A stretch of DNA of 55,605 nucleotides from an uncultured Thermoleophilia bacterium (GCA_963848545.1 CAWKEZ010000082.1:1-55605); one strand, 5' to 3'; shown: positions 34,444 to 48,871, counted from the first letter of the stretch. The notes: generated by a model from the sequence alone, not told the origin. A program made the numbers and translations.

Positions 34444-35601
34444 GTGAACGCGGCGCGCGACATCCCATGTCAGGCTGTGATCCTCGTGGGCGGGGAAGGC
34501 ACGCGTCTGCGTCCCGTCACCTCGCGCGTGCCCAAGCCCGTGGCCCCGGTGGTAGAGAGGCCTTTCGTCGCCTACATCCTCGATAATCTGGCCCGCCACG
34601 GGGTGGAGCGCGCGATCTTCTCCACGGGGTATCTCGCCGAGGCTATCGAGGCCGAGATCGGCGACGGTGCCAAGTACGGCCTGCAGGTGGACTACGCCGT
34701 GGAGCACCAGCCGCTCGGTACCGCGGGGGCCATCGCCAACTGTGAGAACAAGCTCGGCGCCGGCAGCTTCTACGTGTTCAACGGCGACGTGCTGAGCGAC
34801 GTCGACCTCGGCGCGCTGGCGCGCCTGCACGTGAGCAAGGGTGGCATGGGAACCATCTTCCTCACGCCGGTCGAAGACCCGCGGCGCTACGGCCTCGTCG
34901 AGCTTCGCGACGACGCCAGCGTCGTCAACTTCCTGGAGAAGCCGAGCGAGTACACGGGCACGGCGCTCATCAACGCCGGCGTGTACGTGCTCGAGCCCGA
35001 GGTGCTCGAGATGATACCGAGGGGCCGGCTGTTCTCGATCGAGCGTGGCGTGTTCCCAAAGCTGGCCGCGGTGGGGTCGCTCTACGGCTATGTCGACCAC
35101 GGCTACTGGCGCGACATCGGCACCCCCGACAGCTACCTGCAGGCGCACTTCGACATCCTCGAGCACACCGTCGACACGGTGGTGGCCGAGTCTCTCGGCC
35201 CTGAGTATGTCTACGTGGCGCCCAACGCGACGATCGGCGCCCAGGCGCGCGTGGTGCCGCCCTGCTACGTGGGCGACGGCGCGCGCGTCGCGGCGGAGGC
35301 GCGCGTTGGGCCTCTGACCGTGCTGGGCGCGGGGGCGGTAGTGTGCGAAGGCGCCACGGTTCTCGAGTCGGTGGTTCAGGCCGGCGTCGTGGTGGGCGCG
35401 CACGCTCGCGTGGAGGCCAGCATTCTGGTGCGCCACAGCAGTGTCGGCGCCGGCACCCAGGTTTCCGGAGCCGTGCTCGGCGAAGGCTGCCGCGTGGGTG
35501 CCGGCAACCGCCTCGCCGGCGGCATCTGCGTGTACCCCGAGATCACGCTGCCCGACAACTCGATCCAGTTCGACGAACAGCTTCGCGGAAGGGATGGCTG
35601 A
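34444..35601 (+). CDS. NDP-sugar synthase (mannose-1-phosphate guanylyltransferase-like) with hexapeptide repeats
   Basis: ILVGGEGTRLRP..PKP, PLGTAGA, NGDV, EKP, INAGVY, WRDIGTP. Confidence 0.88.
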   Translation: MNAARDIPCQAVILVGGEGTRLRPVTSRVPKPVAPVVERPFVAYILDNLARHGVERAIFSTGYLAEAIEAEIGDGAKYGLQVDYAVEHQPLGTAGAIANCENKLGAGSFYVFNGDVLSDVDLGALARLHVSKGGMGTIFLTPVEDPRRYGLVELRDDASVVNFLEKPSEYTGTALINAGVYVLEPEVLEMIPRGRLFSIERGVFPKLAAVGSLYGYVDHGYWRDIGTPDSYLQAHFDILEHTVDTVVAESLGPEYVYVAPNATIGAQARVVPPCYVGDGARVAAEARVGPLTVLGAGAVVCEGATVLESVVQAGVVVGAHARVEASILVRHSSVGAGTQVSGAVLGEGCRVGAGNRLAGGICVYPEITLPDNSIQFDEQLRGRDG

Positions 35602-36950
35602 TGACGATCCCGGATGGCATCTTCAAGGTGTACGACGTGCGCGGGCTCTACCCAGAGGAGCTCGACGAAATCGGCGCCGAGCGCATCGGGTTTGCCCTGG
35701 CGCAGCAGCTCCGGGCCCGGCGTCTGGGCGTGGGCATGGATCCAAGACCATCTTCGATCAGCCTGCTCGAGGCGTTCGCGGCGGGTGCCGCGGCGGCCGG
35801 CGCGGGCACCGTCGACTTCGGGCTCGTGCCTACCGAGATGCTGTACTTCGGGGTGGCTTCCCGGGGCCTCGACGGCGGGGCCATGGTTACCGCGTCGCAC
35901 AATCCTCCGCAGTACAACGGCATGAAGCTGGTCGCCGAGGGCGCCCTGCCGTTGAGCGGTGACCAGGGCATCCCCGAGCTCAAGCAGCGCAGTCAGGCCT
36001 TGGACGACCTGCCGCTGGTGCTGGGCGGCGGCGACCGTGAGCGTCTCGACCTCTACCCGGCTTACGTGCGTCATCTGCACGAGCTCGTCGATGTGACCTC
36101 CTTCAGGCCCTACAAGGTCGCCATGGACGCCGCCAACGGCGTGGCCGGCAAGCTGGCGCCAATGGTGTTCGACGGCACGGCCATCGCCCGCGTGGAGATG
36201 TACTTCGAGGTCGACGGAACCTTTCCGAACCACGATCCCAACCCCTTGCTCGAGAAGAACAGCCAGGAGATCCGTGAGCGCGTGGTGGCCGAGCACGCCG
36301 ACCTGGGCATCGCCTGGGATGGCGACGCCGACCGCTGCTTCTTCGTCGACGAGACCGGCGAGTTCGTGCCCGGCGACTTCGTCACGGCGCTGCTCGCCGA
36401 GGCGCTGCTGCTCAAGAACCCCGGGGCCGCCATCCTCTACGATCTGCGCGCCAGCCGGGCCGTGCCCGACGTGATCCGCGCCAACGGCGGCGTGCCCCTG
36501 CTCAACCGCGTCGGGCACGCTTTCTTCAAGCAGCGCATGCGCCGCGAGCACGTATTGTTCGGCGGTGAGGTGTCGGGCCACTACTACTTCAGCGCCAACT
36601 ACAACGCCGATTCAGGCTTCATCCCGGCGCTGCTCATCCTCGAGCTGCTCTCCGAGAAGCGCGCCACCATGGCGGAACTGCTCGAACCGCTGCGCAGCAG
36701 GTACTTCATCAGCGGCGAGATCAACTCGACGGTGCCCGACGTGGCGGCCGCGCTGGCGCGCCTCGAGCGGCGTTTCAGCGATGGTCAGATCACGCGGCTG
36801 GACGGCATCTCGGTAGACTACGAAGGCTGGCACTTCAACGTGCGCCCCTCCAACACCGAGCCGTTGCTGCGGCTCAACCTGGGCGCCGATAGCTCCGCGC
36901 TCATGGCGGAGAAGCGCGATCTGGTCCTAGGGGTCATTCGTGAAGGGTGA
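35601..36950 (+). CDS. Phosphomannomutase/phosphoglucomutase
   Basis: FKVYDVRG, TASHNP, DGDADR, GEVSGH, VRPSNTEP. Confidence 0.94.
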   Translation: MTIPDGIFKVYDVRGLYPEELDEIGAERIGFALAQQLRARRLGVGMDPRPSSISLLEAFAAGAAAAGAGTVDFGLVPTEMLYFGVASRGLDGGAMVTASHNPPQYNGMKLVAEGALPLSGDQGIPELKQRSQALDDLPLVLGGGDRERLDLYPAYVRHLHELVDVTSFRPYKVAMDAANGVAGKLAPMVFDGTAIARVEMYFEVDGTFPNHDPNPLLEKNSQEIRERVVAEHADLGIAWDGDADRCFFVDETGEFVPGDFVTALLAEALLLKNPGAAILYDLRASRAVPDVIRANGGVPLLNRVGHAFFKQRMRREHVLFGGEVSGHYYFSANYNADSGFIPALLILELLSEKRATMAELLEPLRSRYFISGEINSTVPDVAAALARLERRFSDGQITRLDGISVDYEGWHFNVRPSNTEPLLRLNLGADSSALMAEKRDLVLGVIREG

Positions 36951-38079
36951 CGTGGGTGCGGCGCAGGGAGGGGGGCGTCAGCCGGACGCGGCCGAAACCC
37001 CGGCTTTCGCGGCTCAGCGCATCGCGGCGCTCGACCGGGCGGACATGCTGGGTGCCATCGCCGCTATGCCCCGCCAGCTCGTGGCCGGCTACGCGGTGGC
37101 CCGGGAGTGCTTGCGTGCCGCCTTCGCGGCCGCCGCGGACGGCCGTGCCGCGCCTGCGCCGCCCACCGGCCTCGCCGTCTGTGGCATGGGCGGCTCGGCC
37201 ATCGGCGCCGATCTTGTGCTGGCCACGCTGCCGGAGCTACCCGTGCCCGCCGCCGTGGTGCGCGGCTATCGGCTGCCCGCGTGGGTGGGGCCGCAGACGC
37301 TGGTTGTGGCGGTGAGCTACTCGGGTGACACAGAAGAGACGCTGGCCTGCGCCTCCAGCGCCGTGGAGCGTGGCTGCGCGCCGGTGTGCGTGGGTTCGGG
37401 CGGCCGGTTGGGCGCCCTGGCCGAAGCGAAGGGCCTGCCATTGATCAAGGTCCCCGGGGGAAGCCAGCCGCGGGCCTCGCTGGGGAGCCTGGCCACGCCC
37501 CTGCTGGCCACGCTGGCGGACGCGGGACTGTGCAGCGACCCGCAGGCCGACGTGGACGAAGCCGCCGCGCTGCTGCGCTCCGGCTGCGCGGAGCTGGGGC
37601 CCGAGACCCCCGAGCAGGCCAATCCCGCCAAGCGCCTGGCTCTGCGGCTGCGCGATCACCAGGCAGTAGTGTACGGCGCCGGCCTCACGGTGCCGGCGGC
37701 ACGCCGCTGGAAGGGTCAGATCAACGAGAACGCCAAGGCTCCTGCCTTCTGGAACGAGCTTCCCGAGCTCAACCACAACGAGCTCATGGGCTGGACCAGC
37801 CTTCCGGCGTTGACCGCCAGCACCGTCGCCGTGTTTCTCGAGGACGAGCGGGGAGATGCGCGGCTGGTTCGTCGCACGGAGCTTACCGCCGCGGAGCTGA
37901 GCGCCCACGGCGTCGCGGTGGAGCGTGAGGTCGCGCGCGGCAGATCGCCCCTTGCGCGCCTGTTCTCGCTGGTGCAGCTCGGCGACTACGTCTCGTACTA
38001 CCTGGCCCTGCTCTACGGAGTCGATCCCACACCGGTCGCGGCGATCCAGGATTTCAAGGCCAAGCTGGCCGGCGGCTGA
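36940..38079 (+). CDS. Bifunctional phosphoglucose/phosphomannose isomerase (SIS family); start may be GTG 36952
   Basis: GMGGSAIG, SYSGDTEET, QPRA, RWKGQINENAK, PELNHNE, GVDPTPV. Confidence 0.9.
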   Translation: MKGDVGAAQGGGRQPDAAETPAFAAQRIAALDRADMLGAIAAMPRQLVAGYAVARECLRAAFAAAADGRAAPAPPTGLAVCGMGGSAIGADLVLATLPELPVPAAVVRGYRLPAWVGPQTLVVAVSYSGDTEETLACASSAVERGCAPVCVGSGGRLGALAEAKGLPLIKVPGGSQPRASLGSLATPLLATLADAGLCSDPQADVDEAAALLRSGCAELGPETPEQANPAKRLALRLRDHQAVVYGAGLTVPAARRWKGQINENAKAPAFWNELPELNHNELMGWTSLPALTASTVAVFLEDERGDARLVRRTELTAAELSAHGVAVEREVARGRSPLARLFSLVQLGDYVSYYLALLYGVDPTPVAAIQDFKAKLAGG

Positions 38080-38083
38080 GGCC

Positions 38084-39924
<1,841 letters not shown>

Positions 39925-39940
39925 GCCGGCAGACGCGCTG

Positions 39941-41119
39941 ATGGCCGACGAACGACCCGCGCCCACGCCCGCCGGCGGCCGAGCCGCCGAAACGCAGGCC
40001 CGCGCCGGTGCGCCGGCCCGTGAGGTGGCGAGCTCCGCTGCGCCGGGAGCCTCACGTCTCAGGGTGCGCACGGTCGAGATCTTGCCCGACGAGGTCGTGC
40101 TCATCGATCAGGTGGCGCTGCCTCACGAGGAACGCTACGTGCACTGTCGCACCTGGCAGGAGGTCGCTGCGCGCATCGCCGACATGACGGTCCGCGGCGC
40201 GCCGGCCATCGGCGTCACGGCGGCCGGGGGATTGGCGCTGGCGGCTCGCGCCGCCGCCAGCGCGCATCCCGACGACCTTGCCGGCTTTCGGGCCGCGCTC
40301 GAACAGGCCGCGAGCGGCCTGCTGGCCACGCGGCCTACCGCCGTCAACCTCAGATGGGCGGTCGACGAGATGCGACGTGAGTGGCAGGGCTGCCAAGGAC
40401 CACCCGGCGTCTGTGCCGCACGGCTGGAGCGACGCTCCCACGTCATCCTTGACGACGACGTCCAGCGCTGCCTGCGCATCGGCGAGCACGGTTCCGAGCT
40501 GTTCGGCGCCGGAGACTGCATCCTCACCCACTGCAACGCCGGCGCGCTGGCTACCGCCGGCTACGGCACCGCCCTCGGCGTGGTGCGCACCGCCTTCGCC
40601 CGGCACGGCGACATCTCGGTGCTGGTCGACGAGACGCGTCCCTGGCTGCAGGGCGCGCGGCTCACCGCTTGGGAGCTCGAGGTGGAGGGCATCCCGTACC
40701 GTCTCATCAGCGACAACATGGCGGGTCACTTCATTCAGCGCGGCGCCGTGCAGGGTGTTGTGGTAGGCGCCGACCGTATCGCCGCCAACGGCGACACGGC
40801 CAACAAGATCGGCACCTATATGGTCTCCGTCCTGGCCAAAGAACACCGCGTGCCGTTTTACGTCGCGGCGCCGCTGTCGACCGTCGATCTCACGCTGCCA
40901 GATGGCGCCGTCATCCCTATTGAGGAACGCGCCGAAGCCGAAGTCACCTCGTTCCGCGGTCAGCAGGTGGCGCCTCTCGGTGCGCGTGCTCTGCACCCCG
41001 CGTTCGACGTCACGCCGGCCGCCAACATCACCGCCATCATCACCGAGGCCGGCGTCTTGCGGGCACCGTTTGGTCCCGCTCTGGCGGCGGTGTGCGCGGC
41101 GGGGGAGTGCTGGCCGTGA
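39941..41119 (+). CDS. mtnA: S-methyl-5-thioribose-1-phosphate isomerase
   Basis: VRGAPAIG, RPTAVNL, THCNAGALAT, DETRPWLQGARLT, GADRIAANGDTANKIG, PAFDVTP. Confidence 0.95.
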   Translation: MADERPAPTPAGGRAAETQARAGAPAREVASSAAPGASRLRVRTVEILPDEVVLIDQVALPHEERYVHCRTWQEVAARIADMTVRGAPAIGVTAAGGLALAARAAASAHPDDLAGFRAALEQAASGLLATRPTAVNLRWAVDEMRREWQGCQGPPGVCAARLERRSHVILDDDVQRCLRIGEHGSELFGAGDCILTHCNAGALATAGYGTALGVVRTAFARHGDISVLVDETRPWLQGARLTAWELEVEGIPYRLISDNMAGHFIQRGAVQGVVVGADRIAANGDTANKIGTYMVSVLAKEHRVPFYVAAPLSTVDLTLPDGAVIPIEERAEAEVTSFRGQQVAPLGARALHPAFDVTPAANITAIITEAGVLRAPFGPALAAVCAAGECWP

Positions 41120-42261
41120 GTGCCGCCGCCCCTAGGGCCTATCTGATGGCCGCCGGCCTAGGCACGCGCTTGCACCCGCTCACGGGACTCACGTCGAAGC
41201 CGATGGTACCCATCCTCAACCGTCCGGTGATGGAGCACATCCTGCATCTCCTGCGCCGCCACGGCGTGAGCGAGGTAGCCGCCAACCTGCACTACCATCC
41301 CGAGAAGATTCGCGCTTACTTCGCGGACGGCACGGACTTCGGCGTGAAGCTGCGCTACCACGTCGAGCCGCAGCTGCTGGGCACCGCCGGCGGCGCCAGC
41401 GCCTTTCGCGAGTTCCTCGGCCAGGGCACCTTCTTCGTGGTCAGCGGCGACGGCCTCACCGATATCGATCTCACCGCGTTCCTCGCCGCGCACCGCGCCA
41501 ACGGCAGCGTCGCGACCATGGCCGTCACGCAGGTCGCGAACCCCTCGCTGTACGGCGTGGTCGTGCACGACAGTGCCGGGCGCGTCACGGGCTTTCAGGA
41601 GAAGCCGCCGGCCGCCGAGGCGCTGTCTGATCTGTGCAACTGCGGCATCTACGCTTTTGAGCCCGAGATATTCGAGTACGTCGCCCCCGACTCGTTCGTA
41701 GATTGGGCCAGCGACGTGTTTCCCGCGTTGCTCGCCGGCGACGTGCCGTTTCACTGCTGGCGTCTCGAGACCTACTGGAACGACGTCGGCAACATCGAGC
41801 AGTACCGTATCGGCAACTTCGACGCCCTGCTCGGCAGGGTTAAGCTCGACGTGCCGGGGCGCCAGATCGCGCCCGGCGTGTGGGTTGGCGACGGCACGCT
41901 CATCGATCCTGGCGCGCGCCTGGAGCCGCCCATCCTCATCGGCGCCGGGTGCCTCATCGAGTCCGAGGCGGAGCTCATTGGTCCCCTCATCGTCGGCGAT
42001 GGCTGCGTCATCGAGCGCGGTGCCGTGCTCGAGGGCGTCATTCACTGGGACGGCGTCAAGGCCGGGCGCGGCTCTCGCGTGGCCGGCAGCATACTGGGGC
42101 GCAACGTGGTGGTGCACCACGAGGCCGTGGTACGTGAAGACGCCGTGATCGGCGACCGCACCAGCGTGGCGGCCAATGCGCTCGTCGCCCCTGGGGCACG
42201 GTTCGAGCCGCGCTCGCGCGTGGACCAAGACGGACTCTGCGACGGCGAGCAACGCCCCTGA
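41116..42261 (+). CDS. Second NDP-sugar synthase (mannose-1-phosphate guanylyltransferase-like)
   Basis: MAAGLGTRLHPLT..SKPM, LLGTAGG, SGD, FQEKP, NCGIY, YWNDVG and a hexapeptide tail. Confidence 0.88.
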   Translation: MSAAAPRAYLMAAGLGTRLHPLTGLTSKPMVPILNRPVMEHILHLLRRHGVSEVAANLHYHPEKIRAYFADGTDFGVKLRYHVEPQLLGTAGGASAFREFLGQGTFFVVSGDGLTDIDLTAFLAAHRANGSVATMAVTQVANPSLYGVVVHDSAGRVTGFQEKPPAAEALSDLCNCGIYAFEPEIFEYVAPDSFVDWASDVFPALLAGDVPFHCWRLETYWNDVGNIEQYRIGNFDALLGRVKLDVPGRQIAPGVWVGDGTLIDPGARLEPPILIGAGCLIESEAELIGPLIVGDGCVIERGAVLEGVIHWDGVKAGRGSRVAGSILGRNVVVHHEAVVREDAVIGDRTSVAANALVAPGARFEPRSRVDQDGLCDGEQRP

Positions 42262-42287
42262 GCGACGTCCTTGAGACGAGATCGCCG

Positions 42288-43161
42288 ATGGTAGAAGACG
42301 GGGTAGTCGACGGTCTCATCGACCTCCTTCTCCCCAAACGCTGTGTGCAGTGCGACGCCGTCGGGAGCTGGCTCTGCGAGCCCTGTGCCGGGCGGCCTTC
42401 GCGCGCTGCCGCCGGTGCGCTGCCCGCGCTGTGCGCCCTCGGGCGCTGGACGCCGTGCGGCGCCGCCGGCCGTGCTCTGCGCCGCGCCTGTGCCGCGACC
42501 GTTCGAGGGGCGCCCGCGCGGCGTGGGTCGCCCCTGCCCGGAGTGTGCCGGCCGCGAGCTGGCTTTCGTAGCCGCGGTCGCCGCCTTTACCTACGAAGGC
42601 CCGGCACGCGCGCTGGTGGCGGCCTGCAAGTTCCGCGGCCTGCGCTCCGTGGCCGCGGAGATGGCGCGCCTCGCGGAACCGGCCTTCGGCGCCGCCTTCG
42701 CTGGCACCCCGCCGGCCGCCTTCGGCGGCTCGCCGGCGGGCTCGGCCCTCACCCTGATCACCTGGGTTCCGGGCCACCGCGGGCGCGGCCTGAGCGGGGT
42801 TTCAACCAGGCCGAGCTGCTCGCCCGCCGGCTTGCGCGCGACGCGGGGTTGCCCTATGCTCCGCTGCTCCGCCGTGTGCGCCATGGGGCCCGTCAGAGCG
42901 GGCTCAACCGGGCCGCACGGGCCGCCAACGTCCAAGGCACCTTCGCGTTGCGGGAGGATGCGAACCGGGTACTAAAGAATCTCAAGCGAGTAGTCGTAGT
43001 TGACGACGTATACACCACAGGTGAAACGTTGAATCATTGCGCCGAGGTACTCGCTCAAGCAGATTCTCGAACCCCACGTTTTCACATTCGCGCGCACCGT
43101 CCGCGCAGCTTCCTCTCAAGCATCGCTAGACCACGCCTTCCAGAAGGAGCGATGTCGATGA
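42288..43161 (+). CDS. ComF family protein (double zinc ribbon plus PRTase domain), about 3 indels
   Basis: DLLLPKRCVQC...LCEPC, RCPRC...CPEC, ERGFNQAELLA, VVVVDDVYTTGET. Stop overlaps the hpf start. Confidence 0.85.
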
Positions 43162-43770
43162 AAACTCAGGTCAACGTCACCGTCACTGACGCTCTGCAGG
43201 ACTACGCCAACGGGAAGATCGAGCATGTCCACAAGCTCCTGCAACAGCGCAAGATCGACGAGGTGACGAGGGAAGAGCTCGAGCTCAAGGTGGAGAAGAA
43301 CCCGGAGCATCCCCTGAGCCGCGCATCGCCGAGGCGACGGTGTTCACGCGCGGGCCCGTGATCCGTGCCCGCGAGTCGTCGACCGACATGTACGCGGCCA
43401 TCGATCTGGTAAGTGACAAGCTCGTGCGTCGTGTGAAGAAGTACCACGACAAGATGCATGGCAAGACGCGCCACGGTCACGAGAAGCTGGTTACCGACGT
43501 TGAGCCCGAGGCCGAGTTGGCGCCGGTCGCGGCCGCAGCGGCGATCGCCGACGAGCTCACGGGCGAGTTCGCTCACGCCGGCGACAACGGGCGCATCGTG
43601 AAGACAAAGCAGTTCGCGCTGAAGCCGATGTCGGTGCACGAGGCCACGTTGCAGCTTGAGCTCGTGGGCCACGACTTCTTCGTGTTCACCAACGCCGAGT
43701 CCAACCGCACCAACGTGGTGTATCGGCGCAAGGATACCACTACGGCCTCATGAAGCCGGCCGACAACTGA
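43158..43770 (+). CDS. hpf: Ribosome hibernation promoting factor (long HPF/RaiA), about 2 indels
   Basis: VTDALQDYA..KI, DMYAAIDLV.DKL, KPMSVHEATLQLELVGHDFFVF, VVYRRKD..YGL. Confidence 0.9.
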
Positions 43771-43849
43771 AGCGGCTTCCGCAGGCCGTTCGTTGTCTGA
43801 GAGCGTCGCCGTGCTGACAAGTGCGGCCGCCGGGAGGTGTGTCGCATGT

Positions 43850-43876
43850 GATCGGCGGCTTTCAGCCGCCGATCTT
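43850..43876 (+). terminator. Hairpin after hpf, possible terminator
   Basis: GATCGGCGGCT-TTC-AGCCGCCGATC perfect 11-bp stem with only a short T tail. Confidence 0.5.
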
Positions 43877-43953
43877 CGAGATGCACGCAGTGCCCGACTG
43901 TGTGCGAGAATACGTACCGAGGCCAAGTTACGCGACCCGGGAGAATTCCGTCT

Positions 43954-46632
43954 GTGATCAAGATCGTCGACAAGCTGCTGCACGCCGGTGAGGGTCGTCG
44001 CCTCAAAGCCCTCGAGGAACAAACCGCCAGGGCCTGCATCCGGCTGGAGGCCGGCGTTGTCGGCCTCACGGACGAGGAGCTGCGGGCCAAGACAGACGAG
44101 TTCCGTCAGCGCTACCAGAACGGTGAGCTTCTCGACGACTTGCTCTACGAAGCCTTCGCGGTCGTTCGCGAAGCGGGCAAGCGGGCCTTGAATATGCGGC
44201 CCTTTGACGTGCAGGTGCTGGGCGGCATCGTCCTTCACGAGGGCGACATCGCCGAGATGAAGACCGGCGAGGGCAAGACCCTCGTCGCCACCATGCCTAT
44301 GTACCTCAACGCCCTGTCCGGCAACGGCACTCACCTGGTCACCGTCAACGATTATCTGGCCAAGCGCGACGCCGAATGGATGGGCCAGGTCTACCGCTTC
44401 CTCGGTCTCCAGGTCGGTGTCATCCAGGCCAACATGACGCCCGAGGAGCGGCGCGCCCAGTACAACGCCGACGTGACCTACGGCACCAACTCCGAGTTCG
44501 GCTTCGACTACCTGCGTGACAACATGACGATGCGCCGCGAGCACATGGTGCAGCGCGGCCATCACTACTGCATCGTCGACGAAGTCGACTCCATCCTCAT
44601 CGACGAGGCGCGCACGCCGTTGATCATCAGCGGCGCCCCCGAGACGGCCGCCGACACGTATCGACAGTTCGCCCGGGTAGTGCCGCGTCTGCACGCCGCC
44701 GAAGACTACGAGGTAGACGAGAAGCAGCGCACGGTGGCGGTCACCAAGAGTGGTGTGGCCAAGGTGGAGCGCGCCCTCGACATCGACAACCTCTACAAGG
44801 ACTCAAACGGAGGCCTCGTCAATCACCTCATCCAGGCGTTGCGCGCCGAGTCGCTCTACCACAAAGACGTCGAGTACGTGGTGCAGAACGGCGAAGTGCT
44901 GATCGTCGACGAGTTCACGGGCCGCATCCTCGACGGACGGCGCTACTCCGAGGGTCTGCACCAGGCCATCGAGGCCAAGGAGAGGGTGCCCATCCGCGAA
45001 GAGAACCAGACGCTCGCGACCATCACCTTGCAGAACTACTTTCGCATGTACGAGGTGCTGGCCGGCATGACCGGTACCGCCAAGACCGAGGAAGACGAGT
45101 TCCGTCGGATCTACGGCCTCGAGGTGGTGCAGATCCCCGCCAATGCACCGATGGTGCGCAAAGACGAGAACGACTTCATCTTCACTACCGCCAAGGAGAA
45201 GTTCGCGGCTGTGGTCGACGATATCGTGGGCCGCTACGAGAAGGGCCAGCCGGTGCTCGTAGGCACGGTCTCGGTGGAGGTCAGCGAAATGCTCTCGCGT
45301 CTGCTCGAACGTCACGGCGTGCCGCATAGCGTGCTGAACGCCAAGCAGCACGAGCGCGAGGGCGAGATCTCAAGACCGCGGGCCAGAAGGGCGTGGTGAC
45401 GATCGCCACCAACATGGCCGGCCGCGGTGTCGACATCAAGCTGGGCGAGGGGGTCGTCGCGGCCGGCGGTCTCTACGTGCTGGGCACGGAGCGCCACGAG
45501 AGCCGGCGCATCGACAACCAGCTCCGCGGCCGTTCCGGCCGCCAGGGCGACCCGGGTGAGAGCCGCTTCTATCTCTCGGCCGAAGACGAGCTCATCCGCC
45601 TGTTCGCCGGCGATCGCATGTACCGTATCCTCAGCAGGCTGGGCCCGCAGGAGGGCCAGCCGCTCGAGGCGAGGATGCTCAGCAACGTGGTCGAGAAAGC
45701 GCAAGTGAAGGTCGAAGAGCTCAACTTCATGCGACGCAAGAACGTGCTCAAATACGACGAGGTCATGAACGAGCAGCGGCGCGTGATCTACGACCAGCGC
45801 AACCGCATCCTGATGGGCGAAGACTTCGGCGGCCAGGTGCGAGAGATGATCCGCGAGCTGGTCGAGGGTACCGTGGGGGGCGCGCTGGGAGGCGTGCAGT
45901 TCTCCGAAGACTGGGACATGGACGGTCTCTTCATCGGGCTCGCGCAGATCTACGATCCCAAGGTCAAGAAGAACGATATCGACATCGCGTCAGCGACCGA
46001 AGACGACATGGTCGACCTCTTCGCAGACGACGCGCTCGACCAATACGACGAGCGCGAACGCATCATCGGCGTCGAGCAGATGCGCACCGTGGAGCGGGCC
46101 GTGATGCTGCAGGTCATCGACGCGCGCTGGAAAGACCATCTCCTCGACATGGACTACTTGCAGGAGGGCATCCACCTGCGCGCCCTCGGGCAGCGCGACC
46201 CCCTGGTGGAGTACAAGAACGAGGGGTTCGAGCTGTTCCAAGACATGTCCGAGGGCATCAAGCTCAGCACCGTCACCACGCTCATGAAGAACAGCCCTGA
46301 AGACCTCGCCGTGTTCACCGCGGTGATTCTTCGAGGAGCCGCTCGTGCAGCTCAACTACACGAGCGGCGACGACCTCATCACGCAGACCTCGTTCCACGG
46401 CGCCGCTCAGGCCGCCGGCGAGTATGCCACCCCAGACGGAGACGGCTTCGCCGACGAGCCTCCACCGAACCTGGCCGCCGGCGGCGGCCGGCGCGGCGGC
46501 GCCAGCACCACGACGAGCACCGGCGGCGCCAAGGTGCAAGTGCAACAGAGGGTGGTCTACGAGAAGGTCGGGCGCAACGACCCGTGCCCGTGCGGCAGCG
46601 GGAAGAAGTACAAGAGGTGTCACGGGGCCTAG
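43954..46632 (+). CDS. secA: Preprotein translocase ATPase SecA (indels near 45372 and 46331)
   Basis: [81 protein letters not shown]. Confidence 0.97.
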
Positions 46633-46738
46633 CACGTGCCGCGTGCCGGTGGCCGGGTGCGGGGGCTCGCTGCGCATGTATCGGCTGGTTCTGTGCTCGG
46701 CTGAAGCCATGCCGCATTTCGGGTACACTACCGGAGTC

Positions 46739-47900
<1,162 letters not shown>

Positions 47901-47947
47901 GCCGGCGGCCTTACGGCCGTCGCCAACCGCTGCGCGCCGGCGGCCAC

Positions 47948-48871
47948 TCACAGCCCGAACTGCTCGGTGTTCACCCAGTCGAGGCTCAGCAGCGACCAGA
48001 AGTCGCTGGCCAGCCGATCGAGGACGTACTGGTAGGGCAGCCACCCATAACCTTTGTCGCCCCAGGTGTCTCCCCAGGAGTTGCGCAGCATGATGGCGCC
48101 GGTGGTGGCGGCGTTGTCGACGGTGTTCGTGATGACCACCTCATCGTCGTACCCCACGGCGGCCACGGCGTGACCCCAGATCGCCCGCTCCCCGTGGCAG
48201 GGATACGGTATGGCGCCCGCCAGGTCCGCCTTGCTCCATGAGGGGAAGCCCCAGAAGCCGAACATCGCGGGGATGCCGCCTGCCAGGCTGGTCTTGAGCG
48301 AATTCAGCACGGCCTGAGGATCTGGCTGTTGAGCCTGCGGATCGTGGCAGAAGTACTTGAGGGCTCTGAACTCGTCGCCCAGCGCGTAGCAGAACGCCGG
48401 TGGCTCCACGTCGAAGTCTGGCGACTTGTCGGTATATGGCCAGTACTTCTCCTCGGGGACGCCGCACAGGGCGATGGCGCCCATGACCGAGCGCAGGAAA
48501 GCCCCCGTGTCGCCCTTGACGCGCATCAAGTTGCGCGTCGCCTTGTAGACGAAGAGGCGCGATCCGTCGAGGTATTTGCCGAAGGCCCGGCGCTCGTAGT
48601 ACTCGACGATGCCCACCGCCGCGTGGGCGGTGCAGGCGCCCAGCTGGCCCTGAGACTCGATCGGCGAGCACCACGTTCGCAGGTCGACCTTCTGCGGCAG
48701 CGACGGGGCGGAGGCCGGCGAGCCGGCCAGACCGAGCCTGGCGGTCATGGCCGCCACCTCGGGATGTGCCGCGTCGTAGTCTCTGAGGTCGGGGAAGGAT
48801 GGCAGCCATCCCGTGCCTAGCGACGGGCCGACCGATCCCGGGATTATCACGTCTTCATACAGCTCGTACAT
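47948..48871 (-). CDS. Papain-like C1 family cysteine peptidase
   Basis: VDLR, QGQLGACTAHA (Gln/Cys), SRLFVY, GHAVAAVGYDD (His), RNSWG..WGDKGY (Asn). AAGGAGG SD. Confidence 0.92.
   Translation of the reverse strand: MYELYEDVIIPGSVGPSLGTGWLPSFPDLRDYDAAHPEVAAMTARLGLAGSPASAPSLPQKVDLRTWCSPIESQGQLGACTAHAAVGIVEYYERRAFGKYLDGSRLFVYKATRNLMRVKGDTGAFLRSVMGAIALCGVPEEKYWPYTDKSPDFDVEPPAFCYALGDEFRALKYFCHDPQAQQPDPQAVLNSLKTSLAGGIPAMFGFWGFPSWSKADLAGAIPYPCHGERAIWGHAVAAVGYDDEVVITNTVDNAATTGAIMLRNSWGDTWGDKGYGWLPYQYVLDRLASDFWSLLSLDWVNTEQFGL

Noticed and set aside
43771-43953. raiA-motif RNA or another ncRNA near hpf
   Set aside because: Only simple hairpins. I could not see the conserved raiA-motif sequences, and comF overlaps the hpf start.
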